Source: Candidatus Omnitrophota bacterium
Lineage (GTDB): Bacteria; Omnitrophota; Gorgyraeia; 2-02-FULL-51-18
Direction of reading: 5' to 3'
Assembly: GCA_016206805.1 (NCBI GenBank)
Contig: JACQQX010000016.1
Coordinates: 13,256-77,255, forward strand
Length of the DNA: 64,000 nt
Position 1 is the stretch's first letter; every line of letters begins with the position of its first letter. Below, piece by piece: positions 28,208-36,174 of this stretch. The notes below the pieces were generated by a model. That model was given only the letters and a program-made list of their open reading frames with translations. It was not told where the DNA came from and searched no databases. A program made the position numbers and the translations under genes.

Positions 28208-29223
28208 TGGACCACATCCGGCGTGATGAGCTCATCCGCCTGAATATTTTTACGGGTCTTACGGCCAAGCACCAGATGCAGCTGATTCCCCAAGAGTCCT
28301 TTAGCCGGTCTCTTAAAAAGAATGTGTTCGGCGGTCAATACCGTTCCGGCTGAAATGTCCTGGGCCGCGACAGCGCTTCGCCGCATTCCCGTCATATTCG
28401 CGCGCTCAGCGACGGTCGGTGTTTTTTCGGCGGAGCCTAGACACTTTTCCGCGTCACGGACTAAGCGCGCCCATTTTGAAAAATCATCCGGATTTAAAGA
28501 AGTCGATTGGTCGGGGCCGGGCATATTTTTGTCCAAAGTAAAATGTTTTTCGACCACACAAGCGCCGAGAGCCACAGCGGCAATCACCGCGGTGTTGCCC
28601 GGAGTGTGATCCGAATAACCGACAGGAATTTGAAATGTTTCCGACAGGGTTTTTAAAGCGCGCAGGTGAGTGTCTTCCAGTGAGGACGGGTAATTGGTGG
28701 TGCATTGCAAAAGAATGAGGGGCGCCTTACTTTCGGCGCGGATCACTTGCACCGCCTGACCCACCTCTTCCAAAGTCGCCATTCCGGTTGAAAGATAAAT
28801 CGTTTTGCCTTTACGGGCAACATGACGAAGAAAGGGATGCTCCACCACATGGATTGAGGCCAGTTTAAAAGCCCCGGCACCCAGACTCTCCAGAAAATCG
28901 GCGTCCAGCGCGTCGTAAGGCGTGGAAAGGAATTGGATGCTTTCTTTCCGGCATAAATTGATCAGCGCGGGATAGCTGTCGCGCGAAAGCTCGAGCTTCT
29001 TGAGCATGTCCAGTTGAGATTCGGCCCGCGGCGTGGTTTTGAGCTGATACTCGGCTTTAGGCGCATTGGCCAAAGCGACTCTTTGGGCTGAAAAAGTCTG
29101 GAATTTAACACAGTCAGCCCCCGCCCTCTTGGCTTCAATCACCAAGCGCTTGGCCAGCTCCGGATCACCATTATGATTGACGCCGGCCTCGGCGATAATC
29201 AAAACAGGATCAGTCTTCTTCAT
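28204..29223 (-). CDS. neuB: N-acetylneuraminate/legionaminate/pseudaminate synthase (NeuB family, PEP-condensing) with C-terminal SAF domain
   Basis: VLIIAEAGVNHNGDPELAKRLVIEAKRAGADCVKFQTF and GYSDHTPGNTAVIAAVALGACVVEKHFTLD are NeuB motifs; the C-terminal antifreeze-like domain is present. Confidence 0.8.
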   Translation of the reverse strand: MKKTDPVLIIAEAGVNHNGDPELAKRLVIEAKRAGADCVKFQTFSAQRVALANAPKAEYQLKTTPRAESQLDMLKKLELSRDSYPALINLCRKESIQFLSTPYDALDADFLESLGAGAFKLASIHVVEHPFLRHVARKGKTIYLSTGMATLEEVGQAVQVIRAESKAPLILLQCTTNYPSSLEDTHLRALKTLSETFQIPVGYSDHTPGNTAVIAAVALGACVVEKHFTLDKNMPGPDQSTSLNPDDFSKWARLVRDAEKCLGSAEKTPTVAERANMTGMRRSAVAAQDISAGTVLTAEHILFKRPAKGLLGNQLHLVLGRKTRKNIQADELITPDVVQ

Positions 29224-29443
29224 GCGCCCAATTTCTGGCTTTATTGTAGGCTTTCCCGACCTGGTCTTCGAGCTGGGGCGACAACACCCGCAAAAGCTCC
29301 TTACCCATGATGCGGTATTGCTTCCCCACCTTCGCCGTACGAATCAACCCCTTCTTAATCATGCGCGTAACGGTACTGGCGCTAACCTTCAGCAGCACCT
29401 GGGTCTCTTCATGCGTATAAACCTCATTTTCCTTAATTTCCAT
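29210..29443 (-). CDS. Excisionase-family helix-turn-helix DNA-binding protein (77 aa)
   Basis: YTHEETQVLLKVSASTVTRMIKKGLIRTAKVGKQYRIMGKELLRVL fits the HTH_17/excisionase DNA-binding domain pattern. The gene overlaps the neuB start by 14 nt and is preceded by the only large intergenic region. Confidence 0.55.
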   Translation of the reverse strand: MEIKENEVYTHEETQVLLKVSASTVTRMIKKGLIRTAKVGKQYRIMGKELLRVLSPQLEDQVGKAYNKARNWAHEED

Positions 29444-29566
29444 AGGTCCCCCGTAAGGTCAAATCATATCAATAGCAGTCACCAGTAGTCAACAGTAACG
29501 TTTATCCCCTGGGGACGGCTTTTTGGACTAAAAGTGCCAGGCTTTGCCCCTGGGGTAAGCCTAGAC
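29444..29566 (-). promoter_or_regulatory. Only substantial intergenic region in the minus-strand gene array; candidate internal promoter/operator region
   Basis: 123 bp non-coding spacer between the SGNH-like gene and the HTH gene. It contains the tandem 10-bp direct repeat GTCACCAGTA/GTCAACAGTA (29478..29497) and two copies of CCCCTGGGG. Confidence 0.3.
29478..29497. repeat. Tandem 10-bp direct repeat (GTCACCAGTA GTCAACAGTA), candidate operator for the adjacent HTH protein
   Basis: Read directly from the sequence; the repeat lies 35-55 bp upstream of the HTH start codon on the minus strand. Confidence 0.3.
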
Positions 29567-30991
29567 TTAGTTAGTAGAGCTCGCTGACTTTTTTAGGTAT
29601 GGGAGAATTTCTTGGGCTACTAGTTTGTTGCCGAGAGTGTTCATGTGGCCGTCTACTTCGAAGTATGGGAGGTCCGAGAGGTCTTTTCCCTGATCCGGCA
29701 GTCCATTCACATAGTTTAGGAATGTGGATCTTAGGTCCAGGAAGTCGATGTCGTTTTGCTGACACAGGCTCTTGATGGCTTCGGCAACCTGGTTCTCGTA
29801 ATGGCTGGGTGGAGCGGGTTGGCCCAGCACTTTTTGGTGATAGACGAACGCTTTAGATGGAAAGAAAATGATGGCCATGGCCCTGCCCCGTTCGGAAGCG
29901 GTTTGTTTGGCTCTGAGAATGGCTTCCTGGGTGAGGCGAAATTGCAATGCTTCGGCATCAAAGGGAATTTTGGCGCCCGTTAAAACAACTCCGCGATAAG
30001 GAAGAAAACGGGACTGGGCCTGCTGGCGGCGTTTGATCAAACGGTCAAATAAATCCGAAACCTGCTCTTTCAGAGCCTGCTTGGAAAAATGAATGGTTGA
30101 GTTGATGACTTTAAAGAATTTATAGCGGGCTCTTTCCTCATGCATGTAGTCATTAATGATACCAATGCCACCCGTAAATACTTTTCCTTCAAGTGCCTTG
30201 GTTTTATTCACATAGTTGAGCTCGCGCGTTTCAAATCCAGGCGTATACCCAAAAAAAACAATATCCGTTTTGAATCGCCCTCCAAACCGCTCCAAACTTC
30301 CCTTGATCTGAATAGGCGCGTATCCCTGCACCCCCAAATTGTAAACCGGAAAACCCCTCCGCGTTAAAAGCGTTGTCCACATCAATTCAACGGGAAGCCC
30401 CATTGCCTCAACAAAAGAATCGCCGGCGGCAATAGCGACCACCCTCTCTTGCCTAGCCAAATCAGGAATATTCTTGAAACCCAGCTCATCCGTCTGCCAC
30501 AAGTTGACAAAGTCCTCTCCCCTGGCGCCATGGCTTCGTATCGTCGTATTGGGCCGGAACTTTACCCAAGGACTGTCTTCTAAATATTCAATCATCTGAG
30601 CTTTCTTATGATGGGAATATAAAAGTGAGGGGTTGGTATTAATAATGGCCTGTGGCAGCGTCTGAGGAAACGTCGAGAAAAAAACTTCCAGAAGAAGCAG
30701 AATCCCAACCATAAAAAAGTGGGATGTATTCCATAAAAGCATGGCGGATTGGAATCGCTCCGATTTTTTCAAGCTCCACAGGCTGCCGATAACTAGCGCC
30801 GTAAAATAAGCGGCTACCCCAACCGTTTCAAAATCCAATAGTTCAATATTTCCCCGTAAAGCTATCCACCGGAGCGTAAAAAAAAGCGCGCCAAAACACG
30901 CGTTTATCCCCAACAAAACCGGAATCAGCATCCTATACAGCATACAAAGGTCCTTTTGATTGCTGAAGCCGGATTCCCATGGCGTCAGCAT
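29567..30991 (-). CDS. Membrane-anchored SGNH/GDSL-like protein (AlgX/AlgJ/PatB-like O-acyltransferase accessory)
   Basis: Several N-terminal hydrophobic helices, then an extracytoplasmic domain with a GDS motif (VVAIAAGDSFVEAMG). The start may be M17, which reduces the 59-nt overlap with the upstream gene. Confidence 0.5.
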   Translation of the reverse strand: MLTPWESGFSNQKDLCMLYRMLIPVLLGINACFGALFFTLRWIALRGNIELLDFETVGVAAYFTALVIGSLWSLKKSERFQSAMLLWNTSHFFMVGILLLLEVFFSTFPQTLPQAIINTNPSLLYSHHKKAQMIEYLEDSPWVKFRPNTTIRSHGARGEDFVNLWQTDELGFKNIPDLARQERVVAIAAGDSFVEAMGLPVELMWTTLLTRRGFPVYNLGVQGYAPIQIKGSLERFGGRFKTDIVFFGYTPGFETRELNYVNKTKALEGKVFTGGIGIINDYMHEERARYKFFKVINSTIHFSKQALKEQVSDLFDRLIKRRQQAQSRFLPYRGVVLTGAKIPFDAEALQFRLTQEAILRAKQTASERGRAMAIIFFPSKAFVYHQKVLGQPAPPSHYENQVAEAIKSLCQQNDIDFLDLRSTFLNYVNGLPDQGKDLSDLPYFEVDGHMNTLGNKLVAQEILPYLKKSASSTN

Positions 30992-32081
30992 CCATAACCC
31001 TTTCCAAAACCGGACTTTCCTGGGCGATTCGCGCTAAAAGACGTGCATAAGCCTTTTCGGAAGCATGAAAATCATTAAACGCCTCGTAGTCCGTGGCACC
31101 GGTCGACTGAAGATCCGAAAAATCATAAAACTCGTAACCTTGCGCTTGGAACGCGGCCGAAAGCGCGATGGGCAGACCATGCAGATAATCCCGAGATCGA
31201 GAAATCGCATCAAGCTTTTCCATCACCACATGTCTCATGGGTGTTGTAAAACCGATGACGTGAATATTCTTTTCCCGGCAAAGTTTCAAAAAAGCTTCTA
31301 ACTCCATCAACCCATCCTGTTTAAAAGTTTCAGCCTCCACCACATAAGCATAATCAATTTTTTCCTTATCTTCATAAGGCTTTCCCGATTCAAAGTCTTT
31401 TAAATGCTCGGCCGTGATCCGATTTACTCCTTGGCCATAATCGTAACTGCCATCCTTCCGAAATCCGCTATTCTCAATAACAGCTTTCAAGCCAATCTTT
31501 TCGGCGCCGTTCTCAAAAAGAGTTTTCAAGGTATACTTTCCAGAAAAATAGTCGGCATAAACCTTGGTCCAATTTCCAAAAAGCGTGGTCACTGGTTCAA
31601 AACGCGATGATGTCCCATCCCCCGCCAGATCACGAGCAAGAGGATTTTCCCAGGGCCAGCGTGGCATATAAAAATAAGCGTCCAACCCCAGAAGCACCAT
31701 CTCCGGCTCCTGGCCTTGCGGGATGCGTCTCAAAAAATCTCCGGCATCCGGCAGCCTGAAATTGCCGGCGCTGGCATTAAAAAACTGAGGCTCAGTGAAA
31801 AATTCCTTCCGAATCGGCATCGTGTGCGAATTCCCCAAAACCAAGATCTTGGGCCGGACCTGTAAAGCCGCGAGCTGTTTAAAATGCCCGCCGGTGTTCC
31901 GGTAAGCCAATCCCACCAAGACATCTTCTGAGGAAGATTGGTATTCCGATACAATCCGTTCCATCGGCCGGATTTCATGGGTCCGGTATAGAACCACTGC
32001 CGGGAATAAAAATAAAACCGCCAGTGGCAGCAAAAACAAAGGCAAGCGGACCAAAAATAAAGACAGAAGATGCCGGTTCAT
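30933..32081 (-). CDS. DltD/AlgJ-like membrane-anchored protein (putative acyl-transfer accessory)
   Basis: N-terminal TM anchor (LFLVRLPLFLLPLAVLFLFPAVVLY), then a soluble domain with ILVLGNSHT, a candidate nucleophile-Ser block. Size and topology match DltD/AlgJ. Confidence 0.4.
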   Translation of the reverse strand: MNRHLLSLFLVRLPLFLLPLAVLFLFPAVVLYRTHEIRPMERIVSEYQSSSEDVLVGLAYRNTGGHFKQLAALQVRPKILVLGNSHTMPIRKEFFTEPQFFNASAGNFRLPDAGDFLRRIPQGQEPEMVLLGLDAYFYMPRWPWENPLARDLAGDGTSSRFEPVTTLFGNWTKVYADYFSGKYTLKTLFENGAEKIGLKAVIENSGFRKDGSYDYGQGVNRITAEHLKDFESGKPYEDKEKIDYAYVVEAETFKQDGLMELEAFLKLCREKNIHVIGFTTPMRHVVMEKLDAISRSRDYLHGLPIALSAAFQAQGYEFYDFSDLQSTGATDYEAFNDFHASEKAYARLLARIAQESPVLERVMDADAMGIRLQQSKGPLYAV

Positions 32082-32087
32082 AGGCTC

Positions 32088-33464
32088 CTAGAACTTGAAA
32101 TAAATAAAATCTTTGGGCAACAATTGTCCAAAGCAGACAATAGAAAGCAGCGCCGCGTAATACACGCTATACCGCACCACTCTGGGCCTCCATAATCCCC
32201 GCCAGGCCGGTGAGGCTTGGGTCCAATGAACTAGCTCCATCAAGACGATGAATAAAATGACCATCATCAAATGGGCCTGGCTGATGCCCAAACCCAATTG
32301 CCAAAACGACCAATCCCCCTGAAACATGCGGCGGAATATTTCCGCGGCCTGTTCCGCGGAACGGGCCCGGATAAAAACAAAAGAGAAGACAACCAGATGA
32401 AAAGTGATCATGGGCGTGACAAAGCTTCTCACGCGTCCCAGCCGGACGGATTTTTTTGCGATTTTATTTCTCCATGGCAGCGTGATCGCTGAAACGCTCA
32501 TATAAATACTTTGAATCACGCCAAAAACGATAAAGTTAGTCGTCGCGCCATGCCAAATCCCGATGGCCATCATGCTGGCGCATAAGGACACTACCAGCCC
32601 CATCCGCCCCCAATAACGGGTGGCCATTTGCAAAGGCTTAAAAACATAATCCAAGATCCAGGAGGTGAGCGTCATATGCCAGCGGCGCCAGAACTCCTGG
32701 ATATTGGGCGCGTAAAAAGGCCGGTTAAAATTGGGGGGCGACTGGATGCCGAATACACGCGCGACACCGATGGCGATATCTGTTAAGCCAGAAAAATCAG
32801 CGAAAAGCTGAAGCGTGAAACAATAAACCGCTATCCAGACCGCCGCCGCGTTAAAATCAGCTGGGTGCCCAAAAACCTGATTGACGGGAATCGCCAAGGT
32901 ATCCGCGATCACAAGCTTTTTGAAAAAACCAAAGAGCATCAGCTTTAATCCGCTGGTAACCGTCTCCTCCGGAAGAGACGGCTGGCTTTCGACTTTCTGG
33001 ATTTCCGCAAAGAAATCGTCCGAACGCTGAATGGGCCCGCAAAGGATTTGCGGAAAAAAAGAAAAATACAGCGCCAACTTCCAAAAATCCCTCTGGGCCT
33101 TCATCTTCTCCCAGTAAACATCCAAAACATAACTGATCATTTTGAACGTGTAATAAGAAATGCCTAGCGGCATGAGAACGCGCGACCATAAACCTTCCCC
33201 ATGCGGCGCGTACTTGAAAAAAATAAGATTCAGCAGAATAACCGATAGGATGAACATCAACGCTTTTTTTCCGCCTTTACCGGCGGCGGCATAGACCAAA
33301 CCCGTCAAAACCACGAGCCAAATTAAAAACCAAACACTCCAAAACGCGTAGAAAAGACAGGATAAGAATAAAAGCCAGCGCCCTCTGGCGGCCCCAGGTA
33401 TTACAAAATAAGTCAGGGCGGCCGCGAGAAAAAAAAGCAGGAATTCAATCGAATTGAAAAGCAC
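32088..33464 (-). CDS. MBOAT-family membrane-bound O-acyltransferase (DltB/AlgI/PatA-like)
   Basis: Multi-pass membrane protein with the MBOAT signature EFWRRWHMTLTSWILDYVF containing the invariant His. Confidence 0.8.
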   Translation of the reverse strand: MLFNSIEFLLFFLAAALTYFVIPGAARGRWLLFLSCLFYAFWSVWFLIWLVVLTGLVYAAAGKGGKKALMFILSVILLNLIFFKYAPHGEGLWSRVLMPLGISYYTFKMISYVLDVYWEKMKAQRDFWKLALYFSFFPQILCGPIQRSDDFFAEIQKVESQPSLPEETVTSGLKLMLFGFFKKLVIADTLAIPVNQVFGHPADFNAAAVWIAVYCFTLQLFADFSGLTDIAIGVARVFGIQSPPNFNRPFYAPNIQEFWRRWHMTLTSWILDYVFKPLQMATRYWGRMGLVVSLCASMMAIGIWHGATTNFIVFGVIQSIYMSVSAITLPWRNKIAKKSVRLGRVRSFVTPMITFHLVVFSFVFIRARSAEQAAEIFRRMFQGDWSFWQLGLGISQAHLMMVILFIVLMELVHWTQASPAWRGLWRPRVVRYSVYYAALLSIVCFGQLLPKDFIYFKF

Positions 33465-33707
33465 TTAAGGCAGGCTCTTTTGGATAAGCTGAATAAAATC
33501 GCCGACATTTTTCAGCCGGACAATGTCTTTTGTGGAAAAAGATACGCCGAACTTCTTTTCCGAGGCGACAATCAGATTGATATGAGTCAACGAATCCCAG
33601 TTATCGACATCTCTGGCTGTCATCTGATCATGCACCTGTATCGAGTCATCATCAAACACATCCCTAAAAATCAAGTTGAGTTGGGTTCGGATCTGGTCAG
33701 CGTTCAT
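33465..33707 (-). CDS. Acyl/D-alanyl carrier protein-like (DltC-type, 80 aa)
   Basis: Four-helix carrier-protein size with a phosphopantetheine attachment Ser in DNWDSLTHINLIVASE, closely resembling the DltC pattern LDSxGxVELL. Confidence 0.7.
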   Translation of the reverse strand: MNADQIRTQLNLIFRDVFDDDSIQVHDQMTARDVDNWDSLTHINLIVASEKKFGVSFSTKDIVRLKNVGDFIQLIQKSLP

Positions 33708-35463
33708 TTTTCATATACGTCGCTTTAGAAACATAGGAAGTGACTTCTTTTTCCCAAACCACAGCGCCGTCTGGCGCCGGAGCGCTGGGCGTAAACGCGT
33801 ATCGGCCATAAAAATGCTCAACCATTCTATTTTTGGCGGTTGGGTGATACTGTCCGACAACTTTCGTGCAGCCATGCTCACTCGCATACCGGAATACCGC
33901 ATTCATCATCTGATCCTCGACGCCGCGATACAACACTCGGCAGCTCATAATCCATTCTTCAACAAAAGCCACCCGGCCTTCCCAGCGCATCACAACAACC
34001 GATATCAGGCCGCTGTCACTGAACTTGTCCTTCAAGGTGGCATACAACGGCAAATAGGCGTGATCACTGGCCATCTGTTCGCATTGGGCTTCGGAAAAAC
34101 GCCGCGTCATGAGATTGAACTGGTTGCTTCTTTGGATAAGCTGGGCGATCCGCGGCAGGTAAAACGAGTCAAAGCGGGCTATCTTCATCGTCATGTCCAG
34201 CGACTTCAAATAATCGTCGATGCTGGCATGCTGTTCGCGCAAAGACTGGCGCTGGGATTCCGCCTGATAAAACTCCGTCCGGCCGGCGTCTTCCTTCGCG
34301 ACTGCATTGGATTCAAAAAGATTCATTTCGGACAAGAGCCGCAACAAGCTCACCGGGTCCGCGGGAAATTCCGGAACGACCACCTCGGGCAAATGCTGCC
34401 TCACAAGATTTCTCTCGAAAGGGTCGTCATCGATGAATACCATCGAATCAAAACCGATGTTCAACGTTTGTTGGATGGTTTTGATATTTTCCACTTTGTT
34501 ATTCCAATTGGCGACAAAAACCGCAAAGTCTTTTTCATTCAAAACCATGTCCGGATGTTTTTGAAAAGGCAAAAGCGCGTTGTGCGCGTCATTTTTGCTG
34601 CAAGCGGCCAGCACAATCCCCCGCCGCTTAAGCGCCCGGAAGTACTGCTGGATTTTCGTGTAAATCTCCCCTTCATCCAAGTCGCCAATCTTAATCCCTT
34701 CCAGGCCATCTTCGCCGATAACACCACCCCACAGCGTATTGTCCAGGTCCAGCACCACGCATTTGATGCAACGGCCTCGAAAAGACAGCGAGATATCTAC
34801 CAGGTTTTGAGCGACCCGCGGCAAATGCTCCAGCGCGCATAAGGACTTGGACAAAAGCCAAAGCTTTTCATCATGCCACTCCTTGAGGCCCGCATAGGAG
34901 GCCAAATACTGGACGTCATGGATGAAAACATTTTTATGAGCCAGGGCTTTTTCCATGATCAAATGATTGATGGTCAAAACGGAGCGGTAAAACGTGGCTT
35001 TCACTTTCTGGTCGAAATTTCCGTAAAGTCTTTCATGGGGCAGCGAATAATTTCCCTGGATAATAATGGCATCCGGCAAATTTTTTGTGACCAAGTCCCA
35101 GACATGAAATATTTTTTCGGAGGTGATTGAAGCGAAGGAGTCCGTGGGATCTTCCTGTTCGTGGAACTCCTGCCGCAGCTTCATCACCGAATGCATGATA
35201 ATGACTTGTTCCGGCTTGAAGGCGTAAAGGCCGGACTGCGCATCCAAAACCTCATGCGTAATGGAGTCATACTCGGCTTCGTAAAGCTCGAGATTCACTC
35301 CTTTAGAGTGAAATAGGGTTTTCAGCAAAATCGCCAGCTGCTGCGTGGCAAAATCGGCGAGAATCGCCGCGCGCACAACAGGAAAGCCTTCCGAAGAAGA
35401 AAGCTTGCGGCTTTTTTTCATCAAATCAAAATAGTCTAATTCCGCGGAATGACCGTTCTGCAT
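33697..35463 (-). CDS. FkbH-like domain protein (HAD-superfamily subfamily IIIC; putative 1,3-bisphosphoglycerate-dependent glyceryl-carrier-protein loading enzyme)
   Basis: Central HAD motif I CVVLDLDNTLWGG (DxDxT), further HAD motifs (ACSKND, FIDDDPFE), an N-terminal FkbH-like region, and a C-terminal domain with Cys residues. 588 aa. Architecture is like FkbH/OzmB. Confidence 0.6.
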   Translation of the reverse strand: MQNGHSAELDYFDLMKKSRKLSSSEGFPVVRAAILADFATQQLAILLKTLFHSKGVNLELYEAEYDSITHEVLDAQSGLYAFKPEQVIIMHSVMKLRQEFHEQEDPTDSFASITSEKIFHVWDLVTKNLPDAIIIQGNYSLPHERLYGNFDQKVKATFYRSVLTINHLIMEKALAHKNVFIHDVQYLASYAGLKEWHDEKLWLLSKSLCALEHLPRVAQNLVDISLSFRGRCIKCVVLDLDNTLWGGVIGEDGLEGIKIGDLDEGEIYTKIQQYFRALKRRGIVLAACSKNDAHNALLPFQKHPDMVLNEKDFAVFVANWNNKVENIKTIQQTLNIGFDSMVFIDDDPFERNLVRQHLPEVVVPEFPADPVSLLRLLSEMNLFESNAVAKEDAGRTEFYQAESQRQSLREQHASIDDYLKSLDMTMKIARFDSFYLPRIAQLIQRSNQFNLMTRRFSEAQCEQMASDHAYLPLYATLKDKFSDSGLISVVVMRWEGRVAFVEEWIMSCRVLYRGVEDQMMNAVFRYASEHGCTKVVGQYHPTAKNRMVEHFYGRYAFTPSAPAPDGAVVWEKEVTSYVSKATYMKNER

Positions 35464-35466
35464 GGA

Positions 35467-36174
35467 TTAGCCGCCCGTAACGGGCAAATTGACATCGTTC
35501 ATGTAGGAGGATTCCGGTGACAGCAGAAATTGAATGGCGGCGGCGACCTCATCCGGCTCGGCGATGCGGCCCATCGGTAAACCATATTCCACAGTTTCAA
35601 TGAATCGGGCCGGCAGGTCCGCGTTAAAATCCGTCCGCGTCATCCCGGGTGACACGGCGTTCACGCGAATACCATATTTGGAAAACTCCGCGGCCTGAGA
35701 CCGGGCCAAACCCCAATGCAAATATTTTAAAGCCACATAAGCGCCCTGCTTTTCCGGCGCCGCGGCCAATACCACAGAAGACAAAAGATGGACGATGGAG
35801 CCACGGGCTTTTCTTTTTTGAATGCCGGAAGCGAACGCGCGGGAGACCTCAAAAACGCCACGGATCCCCGTTGTGACATATTCCATGAAAACGGCTGTTT
35901 CCATTTTGAGCAGCGCTTCACGGGCATAAAGCTGCGCGGCGCAATACACAAAACCATCAAAACCACCGTCTTCGGCCACCCTCGCCAATTTCTGTATGGA
36001 TTCAGCCGAATGAAAATCATAAAGCACGCGCTCAGCGCCTGTCGAGGAGGCCAGCTGCCCCGCCTCTTTTTCATGACGGCAATAAGTGAATGTGACGGAA
36101 TGGTTGCCCGCTCTCAAACGCCGCACAAGGCTGGCGCCAATTCCCTGACTGCCCCCGACAACGAGAACTTTCAC
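35467..36174 (-). CDS. SDR-family oxidoreductase (FabG-like, possibly acting on the carrier-protein-bound acyl group)
   Basis: MKVLVVGGSQGIGASL (GxxxGxG), a catalytic Y-x3-K (YVALKYLHWGLARSQAAE), and VNAVSPG. Confidence 0.7.
   Translation of the reverse strand: MKVLVVGGSQGIGASLVRRLRAGNHSVTFTYCRHEKEAGQLASSTGAERVLYDFHSAESIQKLARVAEDGGFDGFVYCAAQLYAREALLKMETAVFMEYVTTGIRGVFEVSRAFASGIQKRKARGSIVHLLSSVVLAAAPEKQGAYVALKYLHWGLARSQAAEFSKYGIRVNAVSPGMTRTDFNADLPARFIETVEYGLPMGRIAEPDEVAAAIQFLLSPESSYMNDVNLPVTGG

Noticed and set aside
29210-29443. Excisionase-family HTH gene as evidence of a prophage or integrative element
   Set aside because: No integrase, recombinase, phage structural gene, tRNA target or flanking att-like direct repeats are present. 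Both flanks are glycan-biosynthesis genes on the same strand. I interpret it as a locus regulator instead.
29500-29566. CCCCTGGGG copies as a rho-independent terminator after the SGNH-like gene
   Set aside because: The copies are direct repeats, not inverted, so any stem needs a central A-A mismatch and a ~30-nt loop. No U-rich tract follows on the minus strand. A classical intrinsic terminator is not supported.
33676-34842. 388-aa plus-strand ORF; similar long plus-strand ORFs at 46640..47707, 36276..37037, 52657..53439, 27596..28126, 56000..56557 and 50344..51135
   Set aside because: Each lies entirely antisense to a minus-strand gene with strong family motifs (FkbH-like, DmpG-like aldolase, GT-C, ddhB, NeuD-like and others). 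They are low-complexity and Arg/Pro/His-rich, as is typical of shadow ORFs in GC-moderate DNA. No recognisable domains.
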